Assembly (NCBI GenBank): GCA_964035545.1
Contig: OZ037767.1
Span: 13,997,801 to 14,061,800, forward strand
Reading direction: 5' to 3'
Origin: Bugula neritina
Lineage: Eukaryota > Animalia > Bryozoa
Length of the DNA stretch: 64,000 nt
Below, piece after piece: positions 1 to 13,774 of this stretch. Numbering within the stretch: position 1 is the first letter of the stretch; each line of letters begins with the position of its first letter. The notes beneath the pieces are model-generated. The model was given only the letters and a program-made list of their open reading frames with translations. It was not told the origin of the DNA and did not search any database. The translations under genes and the position numbers were made by a program.

Positions 1-3000
1 CTAGTTTCAAGTGTTCATGTGATCTAATACTGATGATATTACTGTAATAATAGCCTAACAAAACTAATACATTCCAAAAGTTGGCATGAAATACACTTAG
101 AGATTTAATTTCACCTGATTCTCTAAAATATGCAGCAACTGTTCTATTGTGAAAATATAAGCCAACTTTTCATGACTTTGGTTGATAGAATTAAACTCTC
201 CTGACAATAGCTTTAGATTGGAGCCTAAGCTTTATGCTAGAAGTAAAGGCGGCGAAATCGTTCCAACCTAAGGCTTTTTCTAGGAGTCTACTAAATTTGA
301 GGAAAAAAAATTAAGTAGTTGTATAAATACTGTTGGTTTCAGTTTTGCTCAACAGAGAGTACTAGATGCTAATTAATGTTGGTTGAAAAGAGTAGACTGG
401 GATATTGTGCAACATTGACCCAATGTTCCCAGCATGACTTCGCGTCATGTGGCACTGTTGAGGACTTTCCCGCTTTTCTAGATAAGGCAGACTATCTTAT
501 AACTGAGTAAATATTAAGTCTCAGTTTTACAGCACGAATACGTGTACTTGCTAGCAACTACCTATCTACCGCTATTCACAGTACAGCTGTTCACACACCT
601 AAACTGTGTTCCTACTCTCACTCGCTCTTCCTATGCCTTCCTTCAATGGTGGCAGAGTTTGGCACGTTCTTCAAATAATAAACAAATTAAAAAGACTCTG
701 GTTGTTGAATCATCAACTCAAGTGCAAAATAATATCTGTTTGGGCATTCCTATGGTTGATTTGTATACTTGTCAGCAATTTTGGTACACCCATGCTCTGC
801 CTTTCCCTCTTGGCCTCTACTCTACTAAAACTCAAAGCTAGTTGATGTTTCAGTTAGTGAAAACAACATGTTTTATATACCAGCATCATATTTCATGCAT
901 TCAATACCCAAGTAGAAATGAACATTGAGCTTTCTTGCTGTAGTTCCAACTGTCAACACTTGCACAAATTAGACTCATAAATGAAGAAATGGTGCAATGT
1001 TTAAAAATGTAGAATTGCAGTTTAGCAACTATGCCTAAATGTTCTCGCTGTAGCTCCCTCGTTATTATGATCATTTCTCTTTGACAGGCTTAAACTAGGC
1101 CTTGGTGGACTTATAGTTGGTATTCTATTTTTGAATAGACTACTAGTGTGTGATCAGTCAGGCTTTTGTATTCCTTTATAATAGTTTACTAGTCAATACA
1201 CGACAGCGCAGTGGAGAACATCTGTTCTTTTCATAACATCAGTATTAGGAGTGGATCGTTTGTACTGCTTCAGCCATTATCTTGTCTGATTGGGAAATCG
1301 TTGGAAATCAAGTTAAACACATGTAGTAGTAGCATATCTGCTCATCAAATCTAAACTGTAGCAATATAGTACTCTTCAGTTACAACAATATCCCTTTGGC
1401 TACGCTGTAAATACTTGAAATAAAATGAATTATTGCGTCTAAGCAGTATTGGAAAATATTGGGTTTACTATAAGTTGAGTTGCTCATAAATATACGTTTG
1501 CTAAAAGCTTAATGTCAATAAATATGCAAGGCTTGTGTTTATTATATCAAGTTTCAAGCCCTACTCTTTTCCTGGCATGACCTAATTTCCGGATAGCTAA
1601 TCTACTTGTATAAAAAATAGAAGTCAGGAATGATTTTTCATACTCAAGTGAGATTGGAATTTGAAAAATTTGCTCTAGTTTTGATAGTAAATATTTATTA
1701 AACTTGGTTGCATTTGAATAAATGATAACTTGTACTAGCTAGTAAGACCAAGTTTTATTGCCAGCGCTTTAACTTCTCCCCAGAATACTGTTGTCTTATA
1801 ACTGCTGGTAGCTAAGCTGTATTCTATAACATGGGAAGGTTTTCTGTTATGAAAGATGGGGATGGAATTTCGTAACCCAATGCAGCAGCTGGCTTTTCTG
1901 TCATGCTTGTCTCATACTTAGAAGTGTGGGAGGCAAATAAGGGCTTCAACAATCACTGTGAAAATTCAAAAACTAAGTTCTGTTGGGTAGACTGACTGGC
2001 AATGGAAAAGGTTACTGGGAGGATTAACTGATTAAAAGTCGGTTGCATTTGCGGGAGTGGTTGTTACTACATAACCTCCACGTGTTGGTTCCACTTGCCT
2101 TCTGCACGCATGCCTTGTGCTCCAATCAGACTCCTGTAACAATCCCTATTCATTTACATCTAGTTGTGTGGTTTATCCTTGGATTTATTACCGCTTGGTT
2201 ACCAGTCAAAGTCTCTCACATTCTGGAATGGTTTCTTCAGTTCTACTAGTTTGACTCTAAGACTAGTAAAGAATGTAACTGGTAGTTAATATTTCTATCT
2301 CTCCACTCAAAAGAGTTATCTGAATTGTATTATATATAATATTATATTATATATAATATATGTCAATATAATATAACTGAACATAATTCTACTGCAGTAT
2401 GCATGACAGTTATGCTTATGGTTGCCCATTTCTAGTACGAAAAACTACAAATATATGTTGACATTGGATAAGACACTTTTCAAATTGCCGGTTTAAACCC
2501 AACTAGTTTCAAGACTAGGTTGTAGTTTGACTTGAGAAAGCAGGTTAGTTTTATGGCTCTTAGGCTTGTCCCTTTGTACACACTATTTGGTTAGTAGCTG
2601 AGACAGCGATAGTCCAAGTGGATAACAAACTGGAGAACTATATAACATCATATAATGCACTCAAGAGCTTTGCTAAAGATTAGGACGAATTACATCTGCT
2701 GCAATGCTGTTTGTGCAAGTGTGCTTAGAGCACATACGCTTTACCATTAGAGTAATCTTCAAACAGATTTAGGCAAATTGCCACCATTTTGTTTAAACAT
2801 CCCCCACTGCTTCAAGTGTCCTTCAATAGGCTATGTTGGGAAAAATCGTATAGCCTCTTATCGACCTTGGACACAAGTTCGGAATCTACTCTATACTATT
2901 TAGGACTGGAAGACAGACTAGTTATTTTGGAATTTTTTTTACTTGATGTTGATATTCATGCACTGAGGGCACCAGTGGTTTATGTCAGTTTGAATTCAGT

Positions 3001-5217
3001 TAGAGAGGTTATAGCACTGGCACGGAGGAAACAGCTTGCGCTGATGGTATTCCTTTCCATGTACAAACATAGGCGTCATTGCTCTATTCAGTTATAAGTT
3101 ACAGTTCATTATTCCAAGCAGTGTACCAGAGAGAATAGACATTTGCCAGCTACAGCCGTTCCTATCTAAGGAAAGGCTGACATTTTGTGTAGATTTGGCT
3201 GATATTCAAATTTGAAAAAACCTTTCAATATTAAATAATAAACTTTCTCATCATTAGTAAATAAACAAGATGAGCATATTTCACTTGAATGGTCTTGCTT
3301 TAAACATATTGTATCAGTTTTGGTTTGCTTGGTGCAAGGTAGATTCTGGAAGCAGCCAAATAATTTTTTTAAAATCTAATAAGTTGAAACTATCTGAAAG
3401 TCGCCTGTTTCTGTTTTGACTAGAAATTAGGGTTTATGCAGTACCCCCACTATCTCCCCCACTTTAACCACTAGATGCCCTTGCTAAACAAAGGATTGCT
3501 CTACATTCAAACTTCAAGTTGAACTGAAGCATCTTTAATAGCAATTAGTATTTTATTTTCATTTATCACCAATCAATCTCCCGAAACTACAATAACTGCC
3601 TGAGAATAAAAAGGATAACATTTATCACGTTTCTGCAGCTGTCAACTTATGACTCTGTAATTGATATGTAGTCAGTAACCTTTAACTACTTCCTGTTACA
3701 CGATTGCAGACGGTGATGACTAATCACGTGATGAAGGTACTGTTGCACATATCAAAAATACATCACAACTGAAAAGAGGCAATGGAATATTAATTATATT
3801 AGTTTTGTTGAAGTTACATCCAGTACACAAAGCCGTTGGTACTTCTGACTCTAGTTGGTTAGTAGATGTCTTTGAAAGTCATTTAGATGTCATTTTTAAT
3901 GTAAAATAAAGGTTTCATCATTGGTGTGTATACTCCAATCCCCTGCTTATTTCAAACTTTTCTACAGTTGTAAATTTATATAACATAAATTCTTTTTTAG
4001 AAAATTGTAGAATGAGGTATTGGTTGTTGCTATGTTAAAGCAACTAGGTTTCAGCCTAGAACACCGAATTAAACATTAAGAACCCATGCTAAGGAAAGCC
4101 TACAATTCTTTACTATTGCACCAGTTTTGCGTTGAAAGATGTTTGATAGACATTTATTTGTTTGACAGCAAGTTGTAGCTCTATTACTTAGCTTGGCTGT
4201 TCACACAATTAACAAATGACAGCAAGTAATGTAAACTGGGTCAACAGCAGCTGTGGCTTGGGCAAGTTAATCATTACTATTACTGGTGAATCATAATTTA
4301 GATGCCATAAAATCGATAATTATAAAGTGACTCAGCTTTGAGGATTTCTCTCTATAGTTTGAGGCATGGAAGTGATGCCCTTATTAAGTTTCAGTTTTAT
4401 AGAATTAGGCTACTCTCTAATGTATTCTTCAAATGATTTTATTACAGTAACTAAATTTTTATTGCTCGGGCTTTGCATGTGGGTGGTACGTTCAAACAAC
4501 CCATACGTGGTGTCTTACACTGAGGCTAGACTCCAACTAACATTGATCTGGTATGAAATCAGATACTGACTGATTCAAACTGCCGGCTTGCCTGACTGTA
4601 ATCCCCCCACATAATGAATGGTTTGATTTATTGAGACCGGTTTTCCAGTCATATTTTTCTCATCACAACCAGCCTATACTACTACAGTTTCTTGTCCCAC
4701 TACGGCTGTGTGTTTTTCAGCATAGTTTTGATTTTTAAATGTTTCTGCGAGGTTGGGGCGTGCCTGTTTTCCAGTCATGTGCTGAAGTTAGGCTCTTATT
4801 TCTTGTTTGTACTTTTATGATGGTGCAGAGATAGTCTGTAATATCAACAATAGCGTTTATTGTCGAGTAGTTTTGTTACCTCTTGTAATTGAAGTAAATT
4901 CAAATGCCAAGCACAAAAAGTTGAGAACCTGAGCTAAAAATAAGTTAATATCTTGTCAACTGGTAAGATAACAGTCTATATTTTGTCTGTAAACACCTAT
5001 ACCTGCTCATCTATATTATGTAGCAATGTCTGCCTTCATAGTATGTAAATAACACCTCTCTAGTAAATACTAAAGTTTAATGGTTGTATTATTTTCTTGG
5101 GGTAAAAGTGCAATAGATATTATTTAGCTATAAGTTACCTTGAAGTGTAAAGGGCAGTGTAGCCTGTATTACTCTGGGATGAACTGTAATGTCCCAACTA
5201 GCTGAAGAAAAAATTCT

Positions 5218-5289
5218 GCCCCAACTGGGAGTCGAACCACAGACTTCCCGCTTGCAAACTCGCGTGTTAACCATTACACTAAAGGACTA
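5218..5289 (-). mobile_element. ~72-bp tRNA-like repeat, family 2
   Basis: tagtgtaatggtta...ttgcaagc...ggttcgactccc; A and B boxes present, stems imperfect. Confidence 0.7.
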
Positions 5290-6500
5290 CTAGGGTATAT
5301 GGACAGCAAATTAGTGGGCCTTTGTTAAAACAGTATTTCATCAGCTACTGTTTTACATGATAGTAGTTTTGAAAACTTATATAACAGAAATATAGACTAA
5401 AATGTCTACACACAGTCACGTCAAAGAAATTAGTTCCTCAAACTTGATCACAATTTAATTCAAGATACAGTTTCAATGTTATTTCATCATTTTCTGCTTC
5501 ACCTAATTTATAAGTTGTTCCTTAATGTTTGTTAAGTGGTAATAGGTAAACTGTCATTATAGTATAACACAACACTGACTAAGTAAGACCTTTCTACTTT
5601 GAAAAACTTTTGATTGACTCATCTTGAAATATGTTTGATTATTTAGACATTTTTTGAATGCAAAAAATGTACAATGTTTGAAATTCTCTAGTTTTTCAAT
5701 AACAGCGATGATTGCCATGTTTTGACTTTTCAAGGTGCAGATCTCAACTTTAGAGTTTAAATTTAAGATGATGCTGGCTAAATTCACTTTAGCTAACGAT
5801 TGTTTAAGTTTATAAGTGATGGAAAAAAAAGGAAATCAGATTTTTGTCTTTTAAATGAGTCACCAGTTTTAACAGCCGCATTGTTATGACCTGTCAAAAT
5901 CAATTAATTTATTAATGTTCAGTGTTCATAAAATGCAGCTTGCAATACATTGTGTTGTCCAATCAAAACATATTTCCTCAAAAGATTTTATTCCTTGTAA
6001 TTTGCTGCAAAATATGAGGGTGAATTCCATGGTGTATATCGGAGTAATTTCCTCATAACCATTCTTGAGATGGTTGTCAAAAAGTAGCAAAGTTACTAGC
6101 CCTGTGCTACTGTGACCAGTGATTTACATTCACTGTAACTATTAGTGTACTCACTCCTATCAACATAAGTGTTCCACAAATTTAGGGTTGATTATTTTAA
6201 TAACACTTTCTGGAATGTTCTTCACAGTTCTTAGAATATTATTTTTACTCAGGCTATTATTTTCGTGAACTTGTATGAATAATAAAATATAATGTGCCAT
6301 GAATAGTGCATTGTTTTCTGTGATACAAATTCTAAGGTTTTTTCTATGGAGTATTGATGTTATAAATAGCTTCCTGCTGTAGTTGTCATCCCTTGTCAAC
6401 TTTTTCCTCTTCAATCGTGTTTTGTGATACTAATTGAAGAATTGTGCAAGTCATCGATTTTGTGAGTTTTCAATCTAACAGGAAGTGATGCGTTTTGTAG

Positions 6501-9500
6501 AAGACAAACCTGTAGAAGCAACTGAAGCATCCACGCAGGAATCTGCTGCTGCCGCGTCAGCAGACGCTGTCCAATCTAAAGACGATGAACCAGAAGCTCC
6601 GACAGAGTCAGCTGAGGTAGAGCTGAGAATTGAAGAACCCGGAGATAAGGAGGCAGCTGGTATGACTGCTTTACTGTCTTAACTTTTGACAGCTTTTCAA
6701 AGTAGACTATTGGGTTGTGCCATTTAGTCCGGTGATGAAATGAAACGGTTCGCTTGGGCGAGTATTAATATTCAGATTGAAGTAAAAAGGTCATGCTTTG
6801 AAAGTGTAACATGAATAAGACAAATTATTCTTAGAGTTATGCATCGGTCTCCATATGTCATAGCAATTAAAACTCGAGCTTGATATTGAGGTTTCAAGTA
6901 ACGTTTTGTAACTTTAACCCGAGTTTCAAAGTCAATGAAAAAGATTTTAATGCATCACTGAGTTATTAGTTTTGAAACCTAAGCTTGCCGTTTCTTTTTA
7001 AGGTCAGTAGATTTGTGTGATACTTTGTAGTGTTAAATCCTGTCAGCTTGTGATAATATTAATCATCATTTTAGAAGGCAGCTCGGAGCCTGTAAAAGAA
7101 GAAACTGAAGCATCAGCGGAAGGAGGGGATGAGTCACCGTCAGCTAAAGAGGTTCAGAGTTTGTCTGCTTCTATGTTGTCCGCTAGTTGTGCTCCAGAAT
7201 CTAGTTCTGAGCAAATAATGGAGGGTTGCACAGTTAAGGCTGAGCCAGCCGAACTGGTGGTAGATGAAAACACAGAACCAGTTTCTGTATCCTCTCCTTG
7301 CTTACAATCTGCTGATTTGCCTTTGCCGTCTGCTGATGGCGCTGGGCAAACAAATTCTAACTCTAGTTTAGATGCTAATTGTAGTAACATGTCACTAGCT
7401 TCTTCTGCTAATGCACTGCTTTCTAATGATTTGGCTAATTCATGTTCTCAAACAAATATAACTGCTAATCCTGATTCTCAACTCGCTGATGGTGGGCTTC
7501 CGGAAACCTCCATTGAAAACGATGTTGAAGCCGCTCACTCACAGTCTGAAACTGAGCTAAATATTCCGAATTCCGATGTTGGTTTGCAAAGTCCCGAAGT
7601 TTTGGACGGAGAAATATCAGTTTGTTCAGCTGCTGAAGAGGTTGTGATTGATGGCGGTGAGCTTTCCGTCTGTTTGACAGAAGAAAATAATGCTCCGCCA
7701 AATGTGGGGACATCAGCTACACCATCAGTTGACAATGCTCCGCAGGTAGCCGTTCAGGAAAACACACCGGGTGATGAATTGAATAAGTCTGATGTTTCTG
7801 GTGTTGAAAAGGCTGTTAAAGTAGAGGAATGCGACAGTGCAAAGCTTGAAGACGTTTCAAGTCAACAAGAGCCAGAATCAAAAAGTTTGCTTGACACCAA
7901 AATATCTGGTTCCATTGTTGTGGAAGGAGAAGCCCCGAATCTGTCTCCTGTTCTTGACTCTCAGGAAGATTCGAAAGCCACAGAAGAAGGTTTGCCTGAA
8001 GAAGAGTTTGTGGCACAAAACAGTAAGAATTCTACGTTGACAGAGGCATCTGAATCTCAAGATGGTGACTGTTTTGAGAAAGATGATGCAACATGCGACA
8101 AGCCTTCTGTAGTACAAGAAGAATCTTCTCCTGCAAATGTAAAAACTGAGATTTCTGAAACGGAAAGTTGCAATACTGTTGATTTGGCTGATGATTTGAT
8201 CTCCGAGAGTATCACAGTTCAGCATACTGAAGTGTTTGTTCAAAGATCATCTCAGGACCCTGTATCCATGGAAACAGCTGACGAAGTGAAATCAGAAGAT
8301 AGTGATTTGGACCATAATCAGGATTTGCCTCTTTCAACAGAGCCACTTTCTTCTCAGGAAAATGAAAGCAATGAGCAAACTTTGGATGGCGATAAAAAAG
8401 ATGAAAGCATAGAGGAATTTGCAGAGCAGCTGGTGGATGTGGAAGCTGTTGGTAAGCAACCAATAACTGAAGAGACAACTTTGCTGGAATTCGAAGATCA
8501 GGTTTCTACTGGTTCTACGGAGAAGAACGAGAGTTTCATTACAGGCATTGAGACAATGTCTGAAGAAGGAATATGTAATGATGAGGCACTCTCCATCAAT
8601 GACAATTCCCAGCTTTCAGGTGATGCAGATTCTGTAGAAAAGGCAGCTTCTACTGATGAGAAAGGTGATAACCTGGTTGCTTCCGAAATTAATCAAAGTA
8701 CAAGTTCTTTAATCGAAGAATCTGACGTCTTGCAGTCAAATTTGAGTTCTGTAGAGGATGATGGTCTCACAACTGTAGAGGATGTTGGTCTCACAGCTGT
8801 AGAGGATGTTGGTCTCGCACCTGTAGAGGATGTTGGTCTCACAACTGTAGAAGATGTTGGTCTCGAAGCTGTAGAGGATGTTGGTCTCACAACTGTAGAG
8901 GATGTTGGTCTCACAGCTGTAGAGGATGTTGGTCTTGCAACTGTAGGGGATGTTGGTCTCACAACTGTAGAGGATGTTGGTCTCGAAGCTGTAGAGGATG
9001 TTGGTCTCGAAGCTGTAGAGAATGTTGGTCTCACAACTGTAGAGGATGTTGGTCTCACAACTGTAGAGGATGTTGGTCTCACAACTGTAGAGGGTGATGG
9101 TCTCGCAACTGTAGAAGATGTTGGTCTCGCAACTGTAGAGGATGTTGGTCTCGAAGCTGTAGAGGATGTTGGTCTCACAGCTGGAGCCGAAATTGTGCTC
9201 TCTGGCACCATAGATTGCAAAACTGAAGACTCGTCAGAAGTTGCTACTCATGCTGTATCTCTCGACTCTGAAAGCGATAATGCTGATGACTCAGAATTTG
9301 TGTCAAATGGCTCTCAAAAGGTTGGAGTTGTGTGAATTTTAGCAGTGTGACCCCCTTTACGCTGTTCCCAACCACCAATCAGATTCTCATCAGTTGTCAG
9401 CATTCAAAATGTTTGTGGCATTTCACAAAATGTTCTGACCAAGTAATATGCCCTCTAAGCAAAAAGCTCCAGAATATTTTGTTCTTTCTGCAGGTACAAC

Positions 9501-11133
9501 CTGTGAAAAAGATTATCTGTAGAGACATTAAAACGATTACCCACAAGGCTGCAGTTGGCTGTATCCTTACTGCTAGAACCTACTTGTCCTTTCACAAGCA
9601 AATCTGCTAGCTTTTTATGTTTTCTTTTATTTTGTGTGCTTAAATCTAATATACACAGCATAACCTCCTTTCACACCATGTTGGCGCTAAACACTAGTTA
9701 TGGCTCTAGTTTTCACTATAATTATCTAATCATAGACCTAGCAATTGTTCAAGAAACAAGATGTCACTAGCCAACAGGGCAAAGTGTTTTCTAATCACTA
9801 TACACAGTAGATCCCAGCGGACGGGGGGGGGGGGGGGGTTCTAACCCTTTTCCCGAGTATTCCACCAGCTCATTTCAAGGGTTCCTTAACCTAGCGGAAT
9901 ACTTACAAATTTTGAGCTGTGGTAAAACATATTGTTATGGGTGCAGAGATTGGGTGCTGATATTCATCAAGTTATTTTTTTACCATTTCAAATCTGATTT
10001 ATTTTCCCCACAGTTTAGCAAACTCTGGTTTTATGGAAAACTTTACTTAATTGCTTCATATATACTATTCCTATTCCTTGAAATTTCATGTTTTTCAATG
10101 CAATGAATAAGTCAATTTCTGCTGTAAGTGAATCTGTTGTCGAAAAAATATGAATTTGAAATAAGTAGAGGTTAGGGTCCCAGCTTCATTGATTATAACA
10201 AAGTGGGATCATCTTGTTTAACAGTCTGAAAACCATAGCTGTTGGTGGATGAAGCTTATGATCGTAATATACAGCTCAATTCAGCCACCTAACCAGTGAA
10301 ATCTATTTTGCTTTTCTTTCTATGCTTTAATACAATGTCTGCTAATATTTAACACTCTAAAGTGATTTCACTGTTTCTAGCAGAAGTTATGTTCCCATGA
10401 ATTATCCCGGTCTACCATGTGTTATGTATGTTGAGCTTTGTAAAATGTTAAATTATTTTGGCCATGGCATTTTCAGTTGCAGCTAGTTTATACAGATGTA
10501 CTATGTCAATATGGTTGCTAGTTGTACAGCTATTTCTGTTTATTTACTCTGCCAGCATCATTTCACATATTTGGGCTCACCTTTAATCATATTTTTTACT
10601 GATTTTTCTTGTAATATTTTTAGCTCTAAATGATTTCAATTAGTAATTGTATTTTTTAGGATGAAAAAAGCCAAGAGCCTGAAAAAGAAGGTATGTAATT
10701 TTTCAGTTGTTATACATGATTGTGCATATTTCCTATAAATTATAGTTTATAGGGTCAAAGGTAACGTTCTTGAACTCCAATTATCTAATAATTTTGAAAA
10801 AAGGTGATTTGAGTTTATTCTTGTAGTCAATTAGAAGTTATCCCTCCTTCAGGGTGCCAATAAACAAATTATCAATAAAAATATGTCCGTGTGACTGCAT
10901 AATATACTGGAATATTCTCTGTTTTTAGATGAAGTTGAAGACTCTGCTGCAACAACTGCGGATGATGACCAATCAGCTGAAAAGTGAGTAATTTTTCCAT
11001 TTATTCACCCCAGCCTAAATTTCATTTATATACTTGAGGAGTTGTCTACTTTAAAAATTAACATAATTTTAAACATTCTCAAAACTTTTTTATGTGATTT
11101 ATACAATAATCTGACATTTTCAGGGGAGATTAA
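6501..11133 (+). CDS. 3' part of a multi-exon gene for a large acidic (E/D/S-rich) intrinsically disordered protein; exons 6501-6659, 7075-9320, 10660-10690, 10929-10983, 11124-11133 (ends ...SAEKGD*); 5' exons not located
   Basis: 772-aa ORF 7017-9335 plus flanking short acidic exons joined by GT-AG introns with matching phases (1,0,1,2); AATAAA at ~11318 after the stop; the first visible exon starts at an acceptor in phase 1. Confidence 0.8.
8751..9182 (+). repeat. Coding minisatellite, 24-bp unit x18, encoding (VEDVGL[T/A/E][T/A/P])n
   Basis: Tandem repeats of gtagaggatgttggtctcacaact read directly; in frame within the large exon. Confidence 0.95.
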
Positions 11134-12154
11134 AGAGATATGCTTCAGATCTATCTATGTCATGACACTCTAGAGCTCAAGCTGCCAGATGGCTGTACGC
11201 TAGTCTAGAAGTCAATGTGTATAAACCAATCACATCATCTACACAGTTTGTACAGAGCACTGGAGTAACCTTCTAGTATATTATGTGGATCTATACATTT
11301 TCTATTCTCATTATTGTAATAAAACATTGTTGAAACTCTTTTTATAGATATACTACGGTAAATTAGCAATTTGTTTCCAAAAGTTTCTTAGTCTAGGCAT
11401 GAACAGGGGCAGGTTATTTTCGTGCCCGTTACTACGCTTCTTTTAGTTTAAGTTTTTATTTTATGTAGTTTGCTAACTGCTCTGTTATATTTTGTCGGTG
11501 TGCCACGGGGTGTATGATTGGTTAATTACTTTATTAGTGGTTGTTCCCCCTGCTTCAGTTTTCTGCAGCTACCATGCAATACATTTTAATATTATGTTGT
11601 ATTTCTACAACTTTTCTATGTTATGACGTTTCGGTTATGGTGGCCCAACGCACGGTTATTTTTATTTCCTGTATGTACAGTTATTGGCTACATTTTATTA
11701 AAATTCGTGTTTACAGCGTAAGCTCTCCTACATTCGTATTTTGATGATGGAAGCTGCTTGTACTTTTATTAACGGCTATTTTATTGATGTGTAGAAGAAG
11801 CAATTCTGTATAGTGTTGAGAAAACACAAGTGTTTGACTGCTGCAATGCAATATGAACTGTTGGCATTTTATATTTCATTACATATAATATAATGCACTG
11901 AATATGCGTATATCTAATAATAAAAATATAACCCAATTCTTTTTTCAAGTTGTTTGTTTATTATTTCTCTAATAAAATACAAGTAACTGACTGGTGTGTT
12001 AAAAAGAATACGAGTGTTAATTCTATGTCAGTAGAAGGAAGTGTATATAAAGCACTTGTATGGCGCTACATATATCATGGAGCAGATAATTTCTAAAATG
12101 TCAAATTATTCGCGTGGAGGAAAACTGCCTAACAAACCATCGTGATTTCGGCTG

Positions 12155-13723
12155 TCATTCTTCTTCGGCGCTGTTGGCGTACAGGGACGAGTTTAGTAAC
12201 ACCCTTGACCTGGCTGAGTTAGGCCGACTAGAGCTAGGTCTATAACGCAATAGTCTGCTATTAGATGGGTAGTTTGGCCGAAATCTGCTGGAGCTAAGTG
12301 GGTCAGTCAGCTGTCCCTGTAGATTGCTTGACCTCATGACCTTTAGCGGGTGAGGTATAGCTGATGAATAGGTGAACCCTTCTATTGGAGAGTTACACGT
12401 GCGTGCGATTGCTGTTGAAGTTGTCTTCCTTACATCTGTTGCATCCAGTATTCCGGAATCGTCCGAATCTACAGAGGAATAATAACGTATTTACAGTATT
12501 ATGTATATAGCAGTGACTAAAACTAATTTGTCACTTTGTGCTCAATATATAATATAACCATTGTTCATAGTGTATAGAATACTTTTATTGGAAACGATTA
12601 TATTGTCTAAATACAGCTCCCCTAATTTTCTGTTATATAGGAGCAAACAAAAATCATGACTAAAATAGATCTGATAATACAATACATTAATAATGAGACA
12701 ATGGTGAATAAAATCAGGATTAGATTATTTGTTAATGCAATATCAACAAGAAACATTTACTTATAACCAATATTGATTATAATTAAAATACCATGAAAGA
12801 AATTTTGAACTATAGCTTTTCTCTCCAAAAATTAGTGCACATGTTTTGGAGTTCTGTGCACAGATGTCTGGGCAGTCGAATCACAACATCAATTTTTTAG
12901 TAAGTAAAAATTTTTGATCAAATCTGAAATATTATAGAGAGGTGTACTCACAACTCCCGGCATAAGATATTCTACCAGTAACTCTAGATTCTGGTCTACT
13001 CTCTCCAGTTTCTGTCAGAGTAGGAGTTGAGCTGGTGGTTGAACTGTTGTTGTTTGAGTTTCTATAGTGTGTCTGATGAAAATCACGGGTGGTCCTGGCA
13101 CTGCCCACTTTATATAAAGGCCGATCGGGCAACTTAAGTGAGGCTATGTTTGAGACTTTAGTCAGCTGGATTGCATCATCTATTGCTTGCTGAGGAACAG
13201 AACTGGGAAATGTCGCACCTACAGGAAAGTTTATATAACGGTTATAACATGATGGAAGTGGAAACAGGCATCTCACAAAAGTGAAAGTTCAAGGAGCTTC
13301 ATACTATCAAATGAAATAATGTTTTTTTTAAATACCACTCATGAATATTGTCCTAGAATGGGGCAGAAATATAAAAAAACTACTATTGCTTTAGCTACGC
13401 AACACAGCAGTAACAATATTGGTAGAGTTCCTTTATCAGACAGAAGTTTGCAATTTCCTGTGTGTTTTTAACATTTGCTCATGAGTCATGTTCTTGAGTA
13501 GATGAATTCATGCAATCTACATATTCATATACTTACACACACGCACATGCACGCACACGCACACACACGCACACGCGCGCACACACACACGCACGCACAC
13601 GCACGCACGCACACACGCGCACACGCGCACACACTCACCACACACACACCACACGCACACACACGCACACACACACACACCACACACACACACGCACACA
13701 CACACCACACACACACACACACA

Positions 13724-13774
<51 letters not shown>

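Noticed and set aside
542-6414. Short ORFs in the first 6.4 kb
   Set aside because: No recognisable motifs or consistent exon chain; likely intron or UTR
8751-9182. Regular repeat as a possible CRISPR array
   Set aside because: Head-to-tail units with no unique spacers, in frame within a eukaryotic exon
8693-9220. 175-aa minus-strand ORF with (RPTSSTVV)n, mucin-like
   Set aside because: Antisense shadow of the 24-bp coding repeat; no independent gene structure
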